A stretch of 64,000 bases of DNA from an uncultured Acidobacteriota bacterium (GCA_963739795.1 CAVUBL010000011.1:137215-201214), one strand, 5' to 3'; shown: positions 9,560 through 19,772, counted from the first letter of the stretch. Numbers and translations: made by a program. Notes: generated by a model not told the origin, from the letters alone.

Positions 9560-11161
9560 TCAGCCCTCCCCCGGGGACGAAGCCCCGGCGTTCGATCCCG
9601 CCCGCGGCCCCACCACCAGGATGCGCGCGCCCTTCGCCGGCACGGTGAGCTCGATGCGGCCGTCGGCGACCGGCACCGTGCCGCCGGCCCAGGCGTCCGT
9701 GGCAGTGGTCCAGGGCCCGGGCGCCTCGAAGCTCGCCGTGGCCGGCACGGCGCCCCGGTTGACCGCCACCACCACGGCGTCCGGACCCTCCGGATCGCGC
9801 CGCACGAAGACCAGCAGGTCGCCGTCGGTGGAGAGGGCCGCGTGGTCGCCGCGCCAGAGCGCCGGATGGGCGCGGCGCAGGGCGATCAGGCGCTGGTAGT
9901 CGCGGCGCAGGGCCTCGTCCCGGGGCCGCCCCGCCCCCGGCTCCACGGGCCGGTCGCCCCACGGCATGTCGCTCCGGTTCTCGGGCCACTCGCCGCCGAG
10001 CCGGCCCACCTCCTCGCCGTAGTCGATGACCGGGATTCCGCGGACGGTCAGCTCGAGCAGGGCCGCCAAGCGAAAGAGCTCACGGTCGTCGCCCAGCAGG
10101 TACAGGGCGGTGGGCACGTCGTGGGACGAGAGGTAGTGGGCGAGGAGGTGGCCCGGGCGCACCGCCTGACGGCCCTCCAGATAATGCTCGAAGGCGACGG
10201 TGCGCCCTCGCCCCTGGAGGAAGGCGAGGGCGCTACCCGAGAAGCCGAAATCGAACCCGGCGTCGAGCTCGTCGCCGGCGAACCAGGGGTCCAGGACCTG
10301 GGTGTTACCGCCCCAGACCTCGCCCAGGAGGAAAAAGCCGGGGCCCAGCTCGGAGCGCGTCCTCTCCCGGTGACGGCGCCAGAAGTCGTGGGAGACGTGC
10401 TTGACCGTGTCGAGGCGGAAGCCGTCGACGCCCACTCGTCGTGCGAGCCCCAGGTGGGCGTCCATCAGGTAGTCGGCGACCTGGGGCAGCTCGGTCTTGA
10501 GGTCGGGCAGCCCGGCGACGCACAGCGTCAGGTCATCGGTGCCGCAGGTGCCCGCCTCCTCGCTGCGCAGCCAGCCGCGGGTGGCCGGATCGGTGAGGTA
10601 GTGCGAGCCATAGCCCACGTGGTTGTAGACCACGTCGAGGAGAACCGCCATGCCGCGGGCGTGGGCGGCTTCGACCAGAGCCCGCAGCTCGGCCTCGGTG
10701 CCGAAGCGCGGGTCGAGGCGGGTGAAGTCGTCGGCCCAGTAGCCGTGATAGGCCCAGTCGGGGAAGCCCGCGCCGGTGACGAAGCCGGGGATGTTCTGGA
10801 CCACGGGGGTGATCCACAGGGCGGTCACGCCGAGGTCGGCGAGCTCGTCGAGATGCGCCGCAAGGCCCACCAGGTCGCCGCCGTGGAAGGTGCCCTTGTC
10901 CTCCGGCTGCACGTCCTGGTCGTTGGCCCGGTCGCCGTCGGCGAAGCGGTCGAGGAGGACCGCGTACAGGATCGCCTCGTCCCAGGAGCCCTGCGGAGTG
11001 ACCCGGACGGCGGCAGGAGGCGCGGCGGTCGGCCCGGCGAGGGGCGCGGTCGGCGCGTTCGCGGGCCGAACCCCGGCGCACGCCCAGGCGCTCACCAGGA
11101 GCCCTGCGGACAGGAGCGCTGCGAGTCCCAGCTCGCCTCGGGAGCTACCCCCCTGCACCAT
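9560..11161 (-). CDS. secreted alpha-amylase family glycoside hydrolase (GH13)
   Basis: signal peptide; GH13 conserved regions VLLDVVYNHVG, DGFRLDTVKHV (catalytic Asp), HYLSSHD; start at internal Met preceded by GAGGAGG. Confidence 0.85.
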   Translation of the reverse strand: MVQGGSSRGELGLAALLSAGLLVSAWACAGVRPANAPTAPLAGPTAAPPAAVRVTPQGSWDEAILYAVLLDRFADGDRANDQDVQPEDKGTFHGGDLVGLAAHLDELADLGVTALWITPVVQNIPGFVTGAGFPDWAYHGYWADDFTRLDPRFGTEAELRALVEAAHARGMAVLLDVVYNHVGYGSHYLTDPATRGWLRSEEAGTCGTDDLTLCVAGLPDLKTELPQVADYLMDAHLGLARRVGVDGFRLDTVKHVSHDFWRRHRERTRSELGPGFFLLGEVWGGNTQVLDPWFAGDELDAGFDFGFSGSALAFLQGRGRTVAFEHYLEGRQAVRPGHLLAHYLSSHDVPTALYLLGDDRELFRLAALLELTVRGIPVIDYGEEVGRLGGEWPENRSDMPWGDRPVEPGAGRPRDEALRRDYQRLIALRRAHPALWRGDHAALSTDGDLLVFVRRDPEGPDAVVVAVNRGAVPATASFEAPGPWTTATDAWAGGTVPVADGRIELTVPAKGARILVVGPRAGSNAGASSPGEG

Positions 11162-11395
11162 CCGCCCACCCCTCCTCGCTGGGAGCGCGATCCTACGCTG
11201 GGAGCGGTCCCGAACGCCTCCGGGCACTCCTCCCAGGTTCTGCCATCAGATTCTCTTGAGGGCGCCGGGAAAGCGCCACCTCTCGACGGGTGGCCCGCGG
11301 GCGCGGACGGACTGCCGCCGGCCCCGTCCCCCGGGGTGGGTCAGAGAGCGAGGACCTTCAGGTGACCCTCGGGAGGGAAGGGTGAGGGGGGTGAT

Positions 11396-12190
11396 CTACA
11401 GGACTTGTCCGCCGTCCACCCGGAACACCCCGCCGGTGGTGAAGCCCGAGGCCGGCGAGGCGAGGTAGAGGGCGAGGCCCAGGAGGTCCCCGACCTCGCC
11501 GAAGCGGCCGGCCGGAATCGCGGCGAGGTTGGCGTCGCGCTGGCCCGGGGTCTGCCAGAGGGCGGTGGAGAACCGGGTCTTGATGATCCCCGGGGCCAGG
11601 GTGTTGACCTGGATGCCGTCGTCGGCGAGCTCCACCGCCAGCACCTTGGTCAGCATGATCACCGCCGCCTTGGAGACGGCGTAGACGCCCAGACCCGGAT
11701 GGGGGGCCAGGCCGACGATGGAGGCGACGTTGACGATCTTGCCGCCGCCGCGCTTCCTCATCTCGGGGACCGAGGCCCGGGCCATGTGGGCGTAGCCCTT
11801 GACGTTGACCTCGAAGGTTTTGTCCCACTGGCCCTCCGAGGCCTCGAGGAGGGGGCCGAAGTGGGGGTTGGTGCCGGCGTTGTTGAACAGCACGTCGACG
11901 CCGCCCAGCTCGGCGACCGCTCGCTCGACCAGGGCGCGGACCTGCTCGGGCTCGCCCGTGTGGCAGGCGATCGGGAGCGCGCGGCCGCCGTCGGCCCGGA
12001 TCGCCGCGGCCACCTCGTCCAGGGCCTCCTGCTTGCGGCTCGCCAACACCACCGCCGCCCCGGCGCGGGCGTAGCACCGGGCCACCGCCTCGCCGATCCC
12101 CCGCGAGGCGCCGGTGACCACTGCCACCTTGCCCGAGAGGTCGAAGAGCTCGGCGGCGGAGGGGGTGATCGAATCGGAATCTCGGGTCAT
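11396..12190 (-). CDS. SDR-family NAD(P)-dependent oxidoreductase
   Basis: [12 protein letters not shown] cofactor motif, NNAG, catalytic YAVSKAAV (YxxxK). Confidence 0.85.
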   Translation of the reverse strand: MTRDSDSITPSAAELFDLSGKVAVVTGASRGIGEAVARCYARAGAAVVLASRKQEALDEVAAAIRADGGRALPIACHTGEPEQVRALVERAVAELGGVDVLFNNAGTNPHFGPLLEASEGQWDKTFEVNVKGYAHMARASVPEMRKRGGGKIVNVASIVGLAPHPGLGVYAVSKAAVIMLTKVLAVELADDGIQVNTLAPGIIKTRFSTALWQTPGQRDANLAAIPAGRFGEVGDLLGLALYLASPASGFTTGGVFRVDGGQVL

Positions 12191-12264
12191 GCCTCGATCT
12201 CCTCGGCGCCCTGCGCGCCTCGTGGTGCTCTCCGGCCACCCCCCGGCGGACCGCTAGGAAGCTG

Positions 12265-12825
12265 CTAGGAGTCCGCGCTCGTCTCGCCCGGGGGCGACCA
12301 GCGCTTCAGGAACTCGAGGATCGCCGCCTCCGAGTAGCCCTCTCCGTGCTCGAGCAGGCCGGTGTTCTCCGAGTGGAGGAGCTTGCCGCTCGAATCGAGG
12401 ACAAACAGGTGGGGATAGCCGGGGATGCGCGGGTACCGGCCGAGGAACTTCCGGTTCTCGTTCTCCTTCGAGAAGTTCACGTTGACCGTCACGAAGCCCC
12501 GGTTCCAGGCCTCGCGCACCCGCTCGTGGCTCTCGACGAAGTCGTGGAGACGGTGGCACCAGATGCACCAGTCGCCGCCCACGTCGAGCAGGATGCGGCG
12601 GTGGCTCGCGCGCGCCTGGACGATGGCCTGGGTGAGCTCGGCCTGGGGATCGGCCTTGGGATCGTAGAGGACGTCGCCGGAGGAGGCGGCCGGGGCTTCG
12701 GCGGCCACGGCCAGGACGGCCCCGGTGGCTCCGGCCGGGGGCGCGGCGGCCGCCGCGGCCGGGAGGGCGGCGAGGAGGGCGAGGGCGAGGAGGCTCGCCG
12801 GGAGGGGGCGGGGAGAACGGGTCAC
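12265..12825 (-). CDS. secreted thioredoxin-fold protein (CxxC)
   Basis: GTG start with strong RBS CCAGGAGGT 7 nt upstream; signal peptide PLPASLLALALLAALPAAAA; WCIWCH thiol-disulfide motif. Confidence 0.6.
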   Translation of the reverse strand: MTRSPRPLPASLLALALLAALPAAAAAAPPAGATGAVLAVAAEAPAASSGDVLYDPKADPQAELTQAIVQARASHRRILLDVGGDWCIWCHRLHDFVESHERVREAWNRGFVTVNVNFSKENENRKFLGRYPRIPGYPHLFVLDSSGKLLHSENTGLLEHGEGYSEAAILEFLKRWSPPGETSADS

Positions 12826-12901
12826 GGAATACCTCCTGGGGCGGATCTCATGGACTCTCGGGACTCGGGGCAGCGGCTCGCTCCGCGGCCGGCCGCGAGC
12901 C

Positions 12902-13489
12902 ATGCTATACCGTCGTCGCCGCGACCCGTGCCAGAATCGGGCCGTGACGACTTCCGAGCCTCCCGCCGCCGCGCCGGCCGGGGCGGCCGCCGCTGGACGC
13001 CGCCGGGCCACGGGCGCCGGCGCCTCGGCCCGTATCCGCCGCTCCTGGGACCGCCTCTCGCGCCTCCCCGGGGGGCGTTGGCTGTTCAGCAAGATGGTGG
13101 GCTGGACCGCGCCCTACACCGGCACGATCGGTGCCCGCGTCCAGGAGGTCGTCCCGGGCCGAGCCCGCCTCACTCTGCGCGACCGGCGGCGGGTCCGCAA
13201 CCACCTGCGGTCGGTCCACGCCGTCGCCCAACTCAACCTCGCCGAGGAGGCGTCGGGGCTGGCGGTCGTCTACTCCATGCCCGACCATCTGCGGGGCATC
13301 CCGGTGCACCTGGAGATCGATTACCTGAAGAAGGCCCGCGGCACCATCACCGCCACTTGCGAGCTTCCCGGCCCGATCCCCGATCCGCCGGAGGGCGAGC
13401 GGGTGAGCTTCGAGGCCCCGGTGACCCTGACCGACCCCGGGGGCGACGTGGTCGCCCGCGCCCTGGCGCGCTGGGTGATCGGCCGGTGA
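12902..13489 (+). CDS. hotdog-fold protein, DUF4442/YiiD C-terminal-like thioesterase
   Basis: RLSRLPGGRWLFSKMVGWTAPYTGTIGARV...NHLRSVHAVAQLNLAE matches DUF4442 pattern; start ambiguous (ATG 12902 or GTG 12944). Confidence 0.5.
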   Translation: MLYRRRRDPCQNRAVTTSEPPAAAPAGAAAAGRRRATGAGASARIRRSWDRLSRLPGGRWLFSKMVGWTAPYTGTIGARVQEVVPGRARLTLRDRRRVRNHLRSVHAVAQLNLAEEASGLAVVYSMPDHLRGIPVHLEIDYLKKARGTITATCELPGPIPDPPEGERVSFEAPVTLTDPGGDVVARALARWVIGR

Positions 13490-13575
13490 GGACACCCGGG
13501 GCAGGCATCTTGCACGTTCCCCGGACCGACGCCATGCAGCGAACCCCTGAGACCGCCATCCCCGGAGGACACGCC

Positions 13576-14385
13576 ATGACCCGAATCCCCGTCGTCCGCT
13601 CCCTCGTTCCGCTCGCCCTCGTCCTCGCCGGCCTCGCGCTGGCCGCCGTTCCGGCCCGGGCTCAGAGCTGCGGCGCCGGTTGGCAGAACCCTGTGGTGTG
13701 CCGGGTCGACCTGGTGGTCACCCGCTCCGGCGAGAGCCAGGGCGAGACCCTCCCGGGCTCCACCCTCACCCTCCCCCAGCGCGCCGAGATCGATCTCCAC
13801 GCCGTGGCTACCGACCAGCGGAACCAGCGCTTTCCGGCTGATCGCTTCTACTTCACTCTGGACGTCGAACGCGGCTGCAGTGGCCTGTTCGACGTCGAGC
13901 GGGTCGACGCAGACACCGTCCGCCTGAAGACCGGGGCCCGGACCGGCGAGTGCGACGGCACCTTCTGGGTGGCCAACAACACCAACTTCGACCGCAGGAT
14001 CCGGTTCCAGGTCGAGCGCACCGGGCATCGCGTCTACTCGCGCCGGGAGGCCGACTTCATCGCCCGCTCCCTCTACCGCGCGCTCCTCGGGCGCGACGGC
14101 GAGCAGTCGGGGGTCGCCGCCACCGCCGAGGCGATCCAGCGGGGCGACCTCACCGGCCAGATCCACGCCATCTTGCGCAGCCCGGAGTTCGCCCGCAGTC
14201 GCTCCAAGGTCCCGCCGCAGGAGATGCTCCGCGACCTCTATCAGGGCATTCTGGGCCGCGACCCTGACAGCGTCGGAGCGCGCAACTACCAGCGCCGGGT
14301 CGAGCGGGGCGAGATCGCCTACGTGGCCACCGAGCTGGTGACCTCGGACGAGTTCGAGCAGCGCCTGGCCCGCGAGGCGAGGTAG
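13576..14385 (+). CDS. secreted DUF4214 domain protein
   Basis: signal peptide MTRIPVVRSLVPLALVLAGLALAAVPARA; two DUF4214-type repeats (SLYRALLGRDGEQSG... and DLYQGILGRDPDSVG...). Confidence 0.6.
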   Translation: MTRIPVVRSLVPLALVLAGLALAAVPARAQSCGAGWQNPVVCRVDLVVTRSGESQGETLPGSTLTLPQRAEIDLHAVATDQRNQRFPADRFYFTLDVERGCSGLFDVERVDADTVRLKTGARTGECDGTFWVANNTNFDRRIRFQVERTGHRVYSRREADFIARSLYRALLGRDGEQSGVAATAEAIQRGDLTGQIHAILRSPEFARSRSKVPPQEMLRDLYQGILGRDPDSVGARNYQRRVERGEIAYVATELVTSDEFEQRLAREAR

Positions 14386-14457
14386 GCGCCTGCGCCGCGA
14401 CCCGGTTCCGCCGCGCGGCTGCCCTGCCGGCGGAGAAGCTGAAGTGTCGGGCCGAAT

Positions 14458-15723
14458 ATGGTAATTTCGTCGATTCGGAGCCCGGCGATGGAGTCGAAAC
14501 GGCTGATCATGGTCGAGGAGGACGGCGATCTGCGCGCCTTCGTCGGCAGACCCCGGGAGGGGGTTCAGGAGCTGGTGGGGCGCTACCGGCCCATCGCCTC
14601 CTCCTCCCAGCTCCTGGTCCTGCACCGGGAGGCGGGCGCCGCCCTCGAGGAGCCGGCCGGTCGGATCCTCATGACCGGCGAGATCTTCTACCGCAACACG
14701 GTCCTCGAGGTGGTCAACGTGATCGTCTCGTCGCGCTGGACCGGCACTCTCCACGTCTACGGCCCCCGTTCCCACCGCACCCTCGGCTTCGACCGCGCGG
14801 CCCTGCGCTTCGCCCAGAGCGACGACCCGGAGGACCGCCTGAACAAGGTGCTCTTCCGCCTGGGCGTGCTCAGCCCCGCCGAGTCGGAGGAGGTCGAGCG
14901 CGGGCCCCGCTCCGATCAGCGCTTCGGCGAGAACCTGGTGCGCAAGGGGATGATGGACGAGAAGCAGCTCTACGGTTACCTCCAGCGCCAGATGGAGGAG
15001 ATCTTCTCGACCTCGATCCTCGAGCGCAGGGGCTGCTACGTGTTCACGGTCGGCGACGACTGGGCGAGCGCTGCGGACGTGACCGTCCACATCCCCGTAC
15101 AGCAGCTCCTCTTCGATGCCGCCGAGCGGCTGGATCGCTTCACCGAGTTCGAGAAGCTGATCCCGGACGATGGGCTCTGCCCGGTGCTCCGCATCGGCGT
15201 CGAGGTGACGAGCCTCGAGCCGGGGCTGCGCCGGGTGCTGGGGTTCTGCGACGGCGGCCGCACCGTGCGCGACCTCTTCCGCGAGACCTGGCTCGGCCGC
15301 TTCCAGACCATGGCCGCGATCTACGAGCTCCTGCGCCGGGAGTGCATCGAGCTACGGCTCCCCCGGCGCAGCGTCGAGGAGGCGGCCAGCGCCCTCGCGC
15401 GGCCCTTCGAGGAGGCCCTGCGCGAGATCGCCGGCGCTGTGGAGGCGAACGGCGGGGTCGAGCACGTCTACCGCGAGCTTCAGCGCTGGAGTCGCCAGAG
15501 CGAGCTCGGCCAGTACCTGGGCGAGGTGGTCACGCCGCACCTGTCCCTCGACGTGGAACGGGTGATCCATGCTCTCGAGGAGCTCGGCGTCCGGGATCGG
15601 GAGGAGATCGTCCACCACGCCCTCCACGAGCTGGTCTCCTTCGGCCTCTTCGCCGCCTCCCTCTCGCTGCCGCGCGAGGAGGAGCGCCGCCTCGCCCGGC
15701 GGGTTCAGGAACGGCTGGGCTGA
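14458..15723 (+). CDS. DUF4388 domain protein
   Basis: N-terminal DUF4388-like pattern (GEIFYRNTVLEVVNVIVSSRWTGTLHVYG); no other recognisable domain; start may be an internal Met. Confidence 0.5.
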   Translation: MVISSIRSPAMESKRLIMVEEDGDLRAFVGRPREGVQELVGRYRPIASSSQLLVLHREAGAALEEPAGRILMTGEIFYRNTVLEVVNVIVSSRWTGTLHVYGPRSHRTLGFDRAALRFAQSDDPEDRLNKVLFRLGVLSPAESEEVERGPRSDQRFGENLVRKGMMDEKQLYGYLQRQMEEIFSTSILERRGCYVFTVGDDWASAADVTVHIPVQQLLFDAAERLDRFTEFEKLIPDDGLCPVLRIGVEVTSLEPGLRRVLGFCDGGRTVRDLFRETWLGRFQTMAAIYELLRRECIELRLPRRSVEEAASALARPFEEALREIAGAVEANGGVEHVYRELQRWSRQSELGQYLGEVVTPHLSLDVERVIHALEELGVRDREEIVHHALHELVSFGLFAASLSLPREEERRLARRVQERLG

Positions 15724-15730
15724 GAGCCTC

Positions 15731-16051
15731 CTACGCGTCCTCCACCACCACCGCCGTGCCGTAGGCCAGGAGCTCGGCCGCCGCCTGCATGACCATCGAG
15801 GTGGCGAACCGCGTCTCGACCACCGCGTTGGCCCCCAGCGACTCGGCCTCCTCGACCATCCGGTCGATCGCCTGCTCCCGTGACTCCGCGAAGAGCTTGG
15901 TGTACTCGGAGATCTCGCCGCCCACGACGTTGCGCATCACGGCCATGATGTCGCGTCCGATGTTGCGCGCGCGGATGGTGTTGCCGCGCACCATCCCCAG
16001 GGTGCGGACGATCTTCTTGCCGGCGATCTCCGAGTTGGTGGTGACGATCAT
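15731..16051 (-). CDS. YbjQ/UPF0145 family protein
   Basis: 106 aa, alignable to E. coli YbjQ (…RNIGRDIMAVMRNVVGGEISEYTKLFAESREQAIDRMVEEAESLGANAVV…); 4-bp overlap with upstream anti-sigma gene. Confidence 0.8.
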   Translation of the reverse strand: MIVTTNSEIAGKKIVRTLGMVRGNTIRARNIGRDIMAVMRNVVGGEISEYTKLFAESREQAIDRMVEEAESLGANAVVETRFATSMVMQAAAELLAYGTAVVVEDA

Positions 16052-16494
16052 TTCTCGACCCTCCGGTAGCGATCGGTCCTCGCGTCCCGCACGCGGTCGA
16101 GGAGGACCGAAACGAAGAGCAGGCCGAACCCGGAGACCGCCGAAGCGGCGACCAGCTTCTCGACCAGGTGCTCGGGTGAGGTGAAGAACTGCCACAGGCC
16201 GTAGGCGGCCACGGCCACGGTCCACGCGATGAGCATCAACCCGCCGAGCCTCCGGGTCAAGAGCGAGAGCGGCCCGCGCGGCCGCTCGTCCCACTGGATG
16301 TCTTGGGGCACCTTCAGTCGGGTGGTCATGGTCGCCGCCCGAGTCCGCTGCATCTCGTCGAGGAGCGCGCGGGCGTCGGGGTGATCCTCGAGATGGATCC
16401 GCACCCGCTGCTCCTCGGCCTGGGTCAACTCGCCGTCCAGGTACCCGGACAGGAGCGCCTCGTCGAACACGTGCCGGCGACTCTCGTCTCTCAT
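16048..16494 (-). CDS. putative membrane anti-sigma factor
   Basis: 148 aa, ATGA overlap with ECF sigma gene; N-terminal LLSGYLDGELTQAEEQRVRIHLEDHPDARALLDEM resembles anti-sigma N-domain but without the Cys ligands; two TM helices. Confidence 0.6.
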   Translation of the reverse strand: MRDESRRHVFDEALLSGYLDGELTQAEEQRVRIHLEDHPDARALLDEMQRTRAATMTTRLKVPQDIQWDERPRGPLSLLTRRLGGLMLIAWTVAVAAYGLWQFFTSPEHLVEKLVAASAVSGFGLLFVSVLLDRVRDARTDRYRRVEK

Positions 16495-17138
16495 GGCTCG
16501 CCGCCTCCTTCCCGGCCTTGGGCCGCCCGGAGCTCGCCGTAGTCGCCGGAGAGAAGGGCTCCCAGAGCCCGCCGCGCCCGGTGCAGCCGGGACATGACGG
16601 TGCCCACGGGGATTCCGAGCACGCCGGCGATCTCGGAATAGGAAAGGTCCTGGTAGTCGCGCAGCACCAGGATCTCGCGCTCGGCGTCGCGCAGCTCGCC
16701 CAGGGCGCTCCAGACCTTCCTCCGGAGCTCGCCGCGGCGGCTCAGGTCCTCGGGGCCCGGCGCCGCGTCGATCAGCTCGACGCCGTAGTCCTCGTTCGCC
16801 TCCTCGAGGGACGAGGCCTGGCGCACGCGCCGGCGCCGCGCCAGGTCGCGGGCGGCGTTTCTCACGATGGCGAGCAGCCACGGCCGTACCGGCCGGCCCG
16901 GGTCCAGGCGGTCGAGGCGCGAGAAGAAGCGCAACAGGCCGTCCTGGGCGGCGTCGCGGGCGTCCTCGGGGTTTCCCAGGAGCTGGAGCGCCAGCAGGTA
17001 GGCGGGCCGCCCGAAGGTGCGGGCCAGCTCCTCGCGCGCCTCCCGGTCTCCCGAGCGCGCGCGCAGGACGAGGTCGTCGCCGCCCGGTGGCGTCTGGGGC
17101 AGCGGCTGCCGCGGAGCGATGGTCATCTCGGCTTGCAC
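16491..17138 (-). CDS. ECF (sigma-70 family) RNA polymerase sigma factor
   Basis: region 2 (LLRFFSRLDRLDP..PWLLAIVRNAARDLARRRR) and region 4 HTH (DLSYSEIAGVLGIPVGTVMSRLHRARRAL). Confidence 0.85.
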   Translation of the reverse strand: MQAEMTIAPRQPLPQTPPGGDDLVLRARSGDREAREELARTFGRPAYLLALQLLGNPEDARDAAQDGLLRFFSRLDRLDPGRPVRPWLLAIVRNAARDLARRRRVRQASSLEEANEDYGVELIDAAPGPEDLSRRGELRRKVWSALGELRDAEREILVLRDYQDLSYSEIAGVLGIPVGTVMSRLHRARRALGALLSGDYGELRAAQGREGGGEP

Positions 17139-17359
17139 ACTACACCTACGCTCGCTCCGCGGGTTGTATTCGCTAGAGACGCTCCGCCTCGAATCGCCCC
17201 GGCACCTTCAGCGGTTCTGGCCCTCGGGACCGCAGGCCCACCGCCCACGTCCACGGGTCGAGTCTGCGCCCACCCGCACGCCTCTTCCAGAACGCAAGAC
17301 TCAGTGGGTCTCCCCCGCAGCCCCTCGGTCCCGTTCCCACCCTCCGAAGGGAAAGGGCC

Positions 17360-17391
17360 GCCCCCTCCCGCATTCGAGAGTGGGAGGGGGC
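17360..17391 (-). terminator. hairpin terminator downstream of maeB
   Basis: gccccctccc-gcattcgagagt-gggagggggc 10-bp perfect stem ~54 nt after maeB stop, followed on minus strand by CTTTCCCTT. Confidence 0.45.
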
Positions 17392-17444
17392 AAGGGTCTC
17401 CTACCTCCAGACGCTTCGCGACGTCTTGCCGGCTCGGGCCGTCC

Positions 17445-19772
17445 TCAGACGAAGACCGGCTCCGGAGGTGCCTCGACCTGCTCCTCGGCCTGCTCTGCGA
17501 CAGGAGCCGGCAGGTTTCGCGCCTCGAGCTCCTGGGCGTCGAGCACGGCGATCGCCGCCATGTGCACCACGTCCTTGGTCTCGCAGCCGCGCTGGAGCAC
17601 GTGAACCGCCTTCCTCATCCCCATGAGCACCGGACCCACGGCCTCGGCGCCGCCCAGGCGCTGGACCAGCTTGTAGGCGACGTTGGCCGACTGGAGGTCG
17701 GGGAAGATCAGGACGTTGGCGCCCCCGGCCAGCGTGCTGAACGGGTAAAGCTCGTCGATCAGCCCGGGCACCACCGCGGTGTCGGCCTGCATCTCGCCGT
17801 CGACCACCAGGTCGGGCCGGCGCTCGCGCACCAACCGAGTGGCCTCGCGCACCTTGTCGACGTAGGGGTGCTCGGCGCTCCCGAAATTCGAGAACGAGAG
17901 CATGGCCACCCGCGGCTCGACCTGGAAGCGGCGGGCCACCTCGGACGCCATGATGGCGATGTCGGCGAGCTCGGAGGCGGTCGGGTTCACGTTGACGGTC
18001 GGGTCGGCGAAGAAGTAGACCTCGTCGCCCACCATCATGACGAAGAGGCTGGCCACCCGGCAGACGTCGGAGCGCTTGCCGATGATCCGCAGGGCCGGCC
18101 GCACGGCCTCGGGGAAGTGCTGCCCGACCCCGCCCACGAGGGCGTCGGCGTCGCCCAGGTGCACCATCATCGCGGCCCAGACCGACGGGTCCGCCATGGC
18201 GGCGCGGGCGTCGGCCAGGGTCACGCCCTTCCTCTGCCGCATCCGGAAGTACTCCTCGGCGTAGCGATCGCGGGCCCCGGCCTCTCCGGGCTCCAAGATC
18301 GTGACGCCGGCCAGGTCGATCCCCAGCTCGGCGACCCGCGCGAGGATCTGGTCCCGGTCGCCCAGGAGGATCGGGTAGGCGAAGCCCTCCTCGACGATGG
18401 CGTGGGCGGCGCGGAGCACCTTCTCTTCGGTCCCTTCGGGGAAGACCACCCTCTTGGGGTCGCGCTTGGCCCAGTTGATCATCACCCGGAGCACGTGGCG
18501 CGCCTTGCCCAGCCGGCGCTCGAGCGCCACCTTGTACTGCTCGATGTCGACGGGCCGCTGGGCGACGCCGGTGTCCATCGCCGCCTGGGCGACGGCCGAC
18601 GCCTCCCAGATCAGCACGCGATCGTCGAACGGCTTGGGGATCAGGTAGTCGCGTCCGAAGCAGAGCTTGTCCAGGCCGTAGGCCCGCATCACCGAGTCCG
18701 GGACGTCCTCCTTGGCCAGATCGGCCAGGGCCCGGGTGGCGGCGCGCTTCATCTCCTCGTTGATCGCGGTCGCCCGGACGTCGAGGGCACCGCGGAAGAT
18801 GAAGGGGAAGCCGAGGACGTTGTTGACCTGGTTCGGGTAGTCGGAGCGGCCGGTGGCGATGATCACGTCCGGGCGGGCGGCGCGGGCCTCCTCGTACGTG
18901 ATCTCGGGGTCCGGGTTCGCCATGGCGAAGACCACCGGGTCCGGCGCCATGGAGCGGATCATCTCGCGGGTGAAGCACCCCTTGCCCGAGAGACCCACCA
19001 GGACGTCGGCGCCCTCGAGCGCATCGGCCAGGGTGCGGGCGCCGGTGTCGGCCGCCAGGCTCTCCTTGTAGGGGTTCATGTTCTCGGTGCGGCCGCGGTA
19101 GATCACGCCCTTCGAATCGCAGAGCATCAGGTTTTGAGGCGCCACCCCCAGGGACAGGTAGTAGCGGGCGCACGCGATGCCCGAGGCGCCGGCACCGTTG
19201 AACACCACGCGCACCGAGCCGATGGGCTTGCCCACCAACTCGAGAGCGTTGAGCAGCGCCGCGCCCGAGATGATCGCCGTGCCGTGCTGGTCGTCGTGGA
19301 AGACCGGGATCGAGAGCGAGGCCTTCAGGCGCTCTTCGATCAAGAAGCACTCCGGGGCCTTGATGTCCTCGAGGTTGATGCCTCCGAAGGTGGGCTCGAG
19401 CAGCTCCACCGTGCGGATGATCTCCTCCGGATCGTGGCTCGCCAACTCGATGTCGAACACGTCGATGTCGGCGAAACGCTTGAACAGCACGCCTTTGCCC
19501 TCCATGACCGGCTTGCCGGCCAGAGCGCCGATGTCGCCCAGGCCGAGCACGGCGGTGCCGTTGGAGACCACCGCCACCAGGTTTCCCTTGGCGGTGTAAC
19601 GGTAGGCCTCGTCCGGCGAGTCCGCGATGCGCAGGCAGGGCACGGCGACGCCCGGGGTGTAGGCGAGCGACAGGTCGCGCTGGGTGATGCAGGGTTTGCT
19701 CGGGATCACCTCGATCTTGCCACGGCGTCCGCGCTCGTGGTACTCGAGGGCTTCTTCGTCACGGATGGTCAT
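17445..19772 (-). CDS. maeB: NADP-dependent malic enzyme (malic enzyme plus phosphotransacetylase-like domain)
   Basis: [44 protein letters not shown]-terminus typical of MaeB; ~775 aa; C-terminal PTA-like domain. Confidence 0.9.
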   Translation of the reverse strand: MTIRDEEALEYHERGRRGKIEVIPSKPCITQRDLSLAYTPGVAVPCLRIADSPDEAYRYTAKGNLVAVVSNGTAVLGLGDIGALAGKPVMEGKGVLFKRFADIDVFDIELASHDPEEIIRTVELLEPTFGGINLEDIKAPECFLIEERLKASLSIPVFHDDQHGTAIISGAALLNALELVGKPIGSVRVVFNGAGASGIACARYYLSLGVAPQNLMLCDSKGVIYRGRTENMNPYKESLAADTGARTLADALEGADVLVGLSGKGCFTREMIRSMAPDPVVFAMANPDPEITYEEARAARPDVIIATGRSDYPNQVNNVLGFPFIFRGALDVRATAINEEMKRAATRALADLAKEDVPDSVMRAYGLDKLCFGRDYLIPKPFDDRVLIWEASAVAQAAMDTGVAQRPVDIEQYKVALERRLGKARHVLRVMINWAKRDPKRVVFPEGTEEKVLRAAHAIVEEGFAYPILLGDRDQILARVAELGIDLAGVTILEPGEAGARDRYAEEYFRMRQRKGVTLADARAAMADPSVWAAMMVHLGDADALVGGVGQHFPEAVRPALRIIGKRSDVCRVASLFVMMVGDEVYFFADPTVNVNPTASELADIAIMASEVARRFQVEPRVAMLSFSNFGSAEHPYVDKVREATRLVRERRPDLVVDGEMQADTAVVPGLIDELYPFSTLAGGANVLIFPDLQSANVAYKLVQRLGGAEAVGPVLMGMRKAVHVLQRGCETKDVVHMAAIAVLDAQELEARNLPAPVAEQAEEQVEAPPEPVFV

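Noticed and set aside
12346-13575. N-terminal 400 aa of the 679-aa ORF 12346-14385
   Set aside because: It is antisense to the thioredoxin-like gene and low complexity. Only the C-terminal part from the ATG at 13576 (signal peptide plus DUF4214) is credible.
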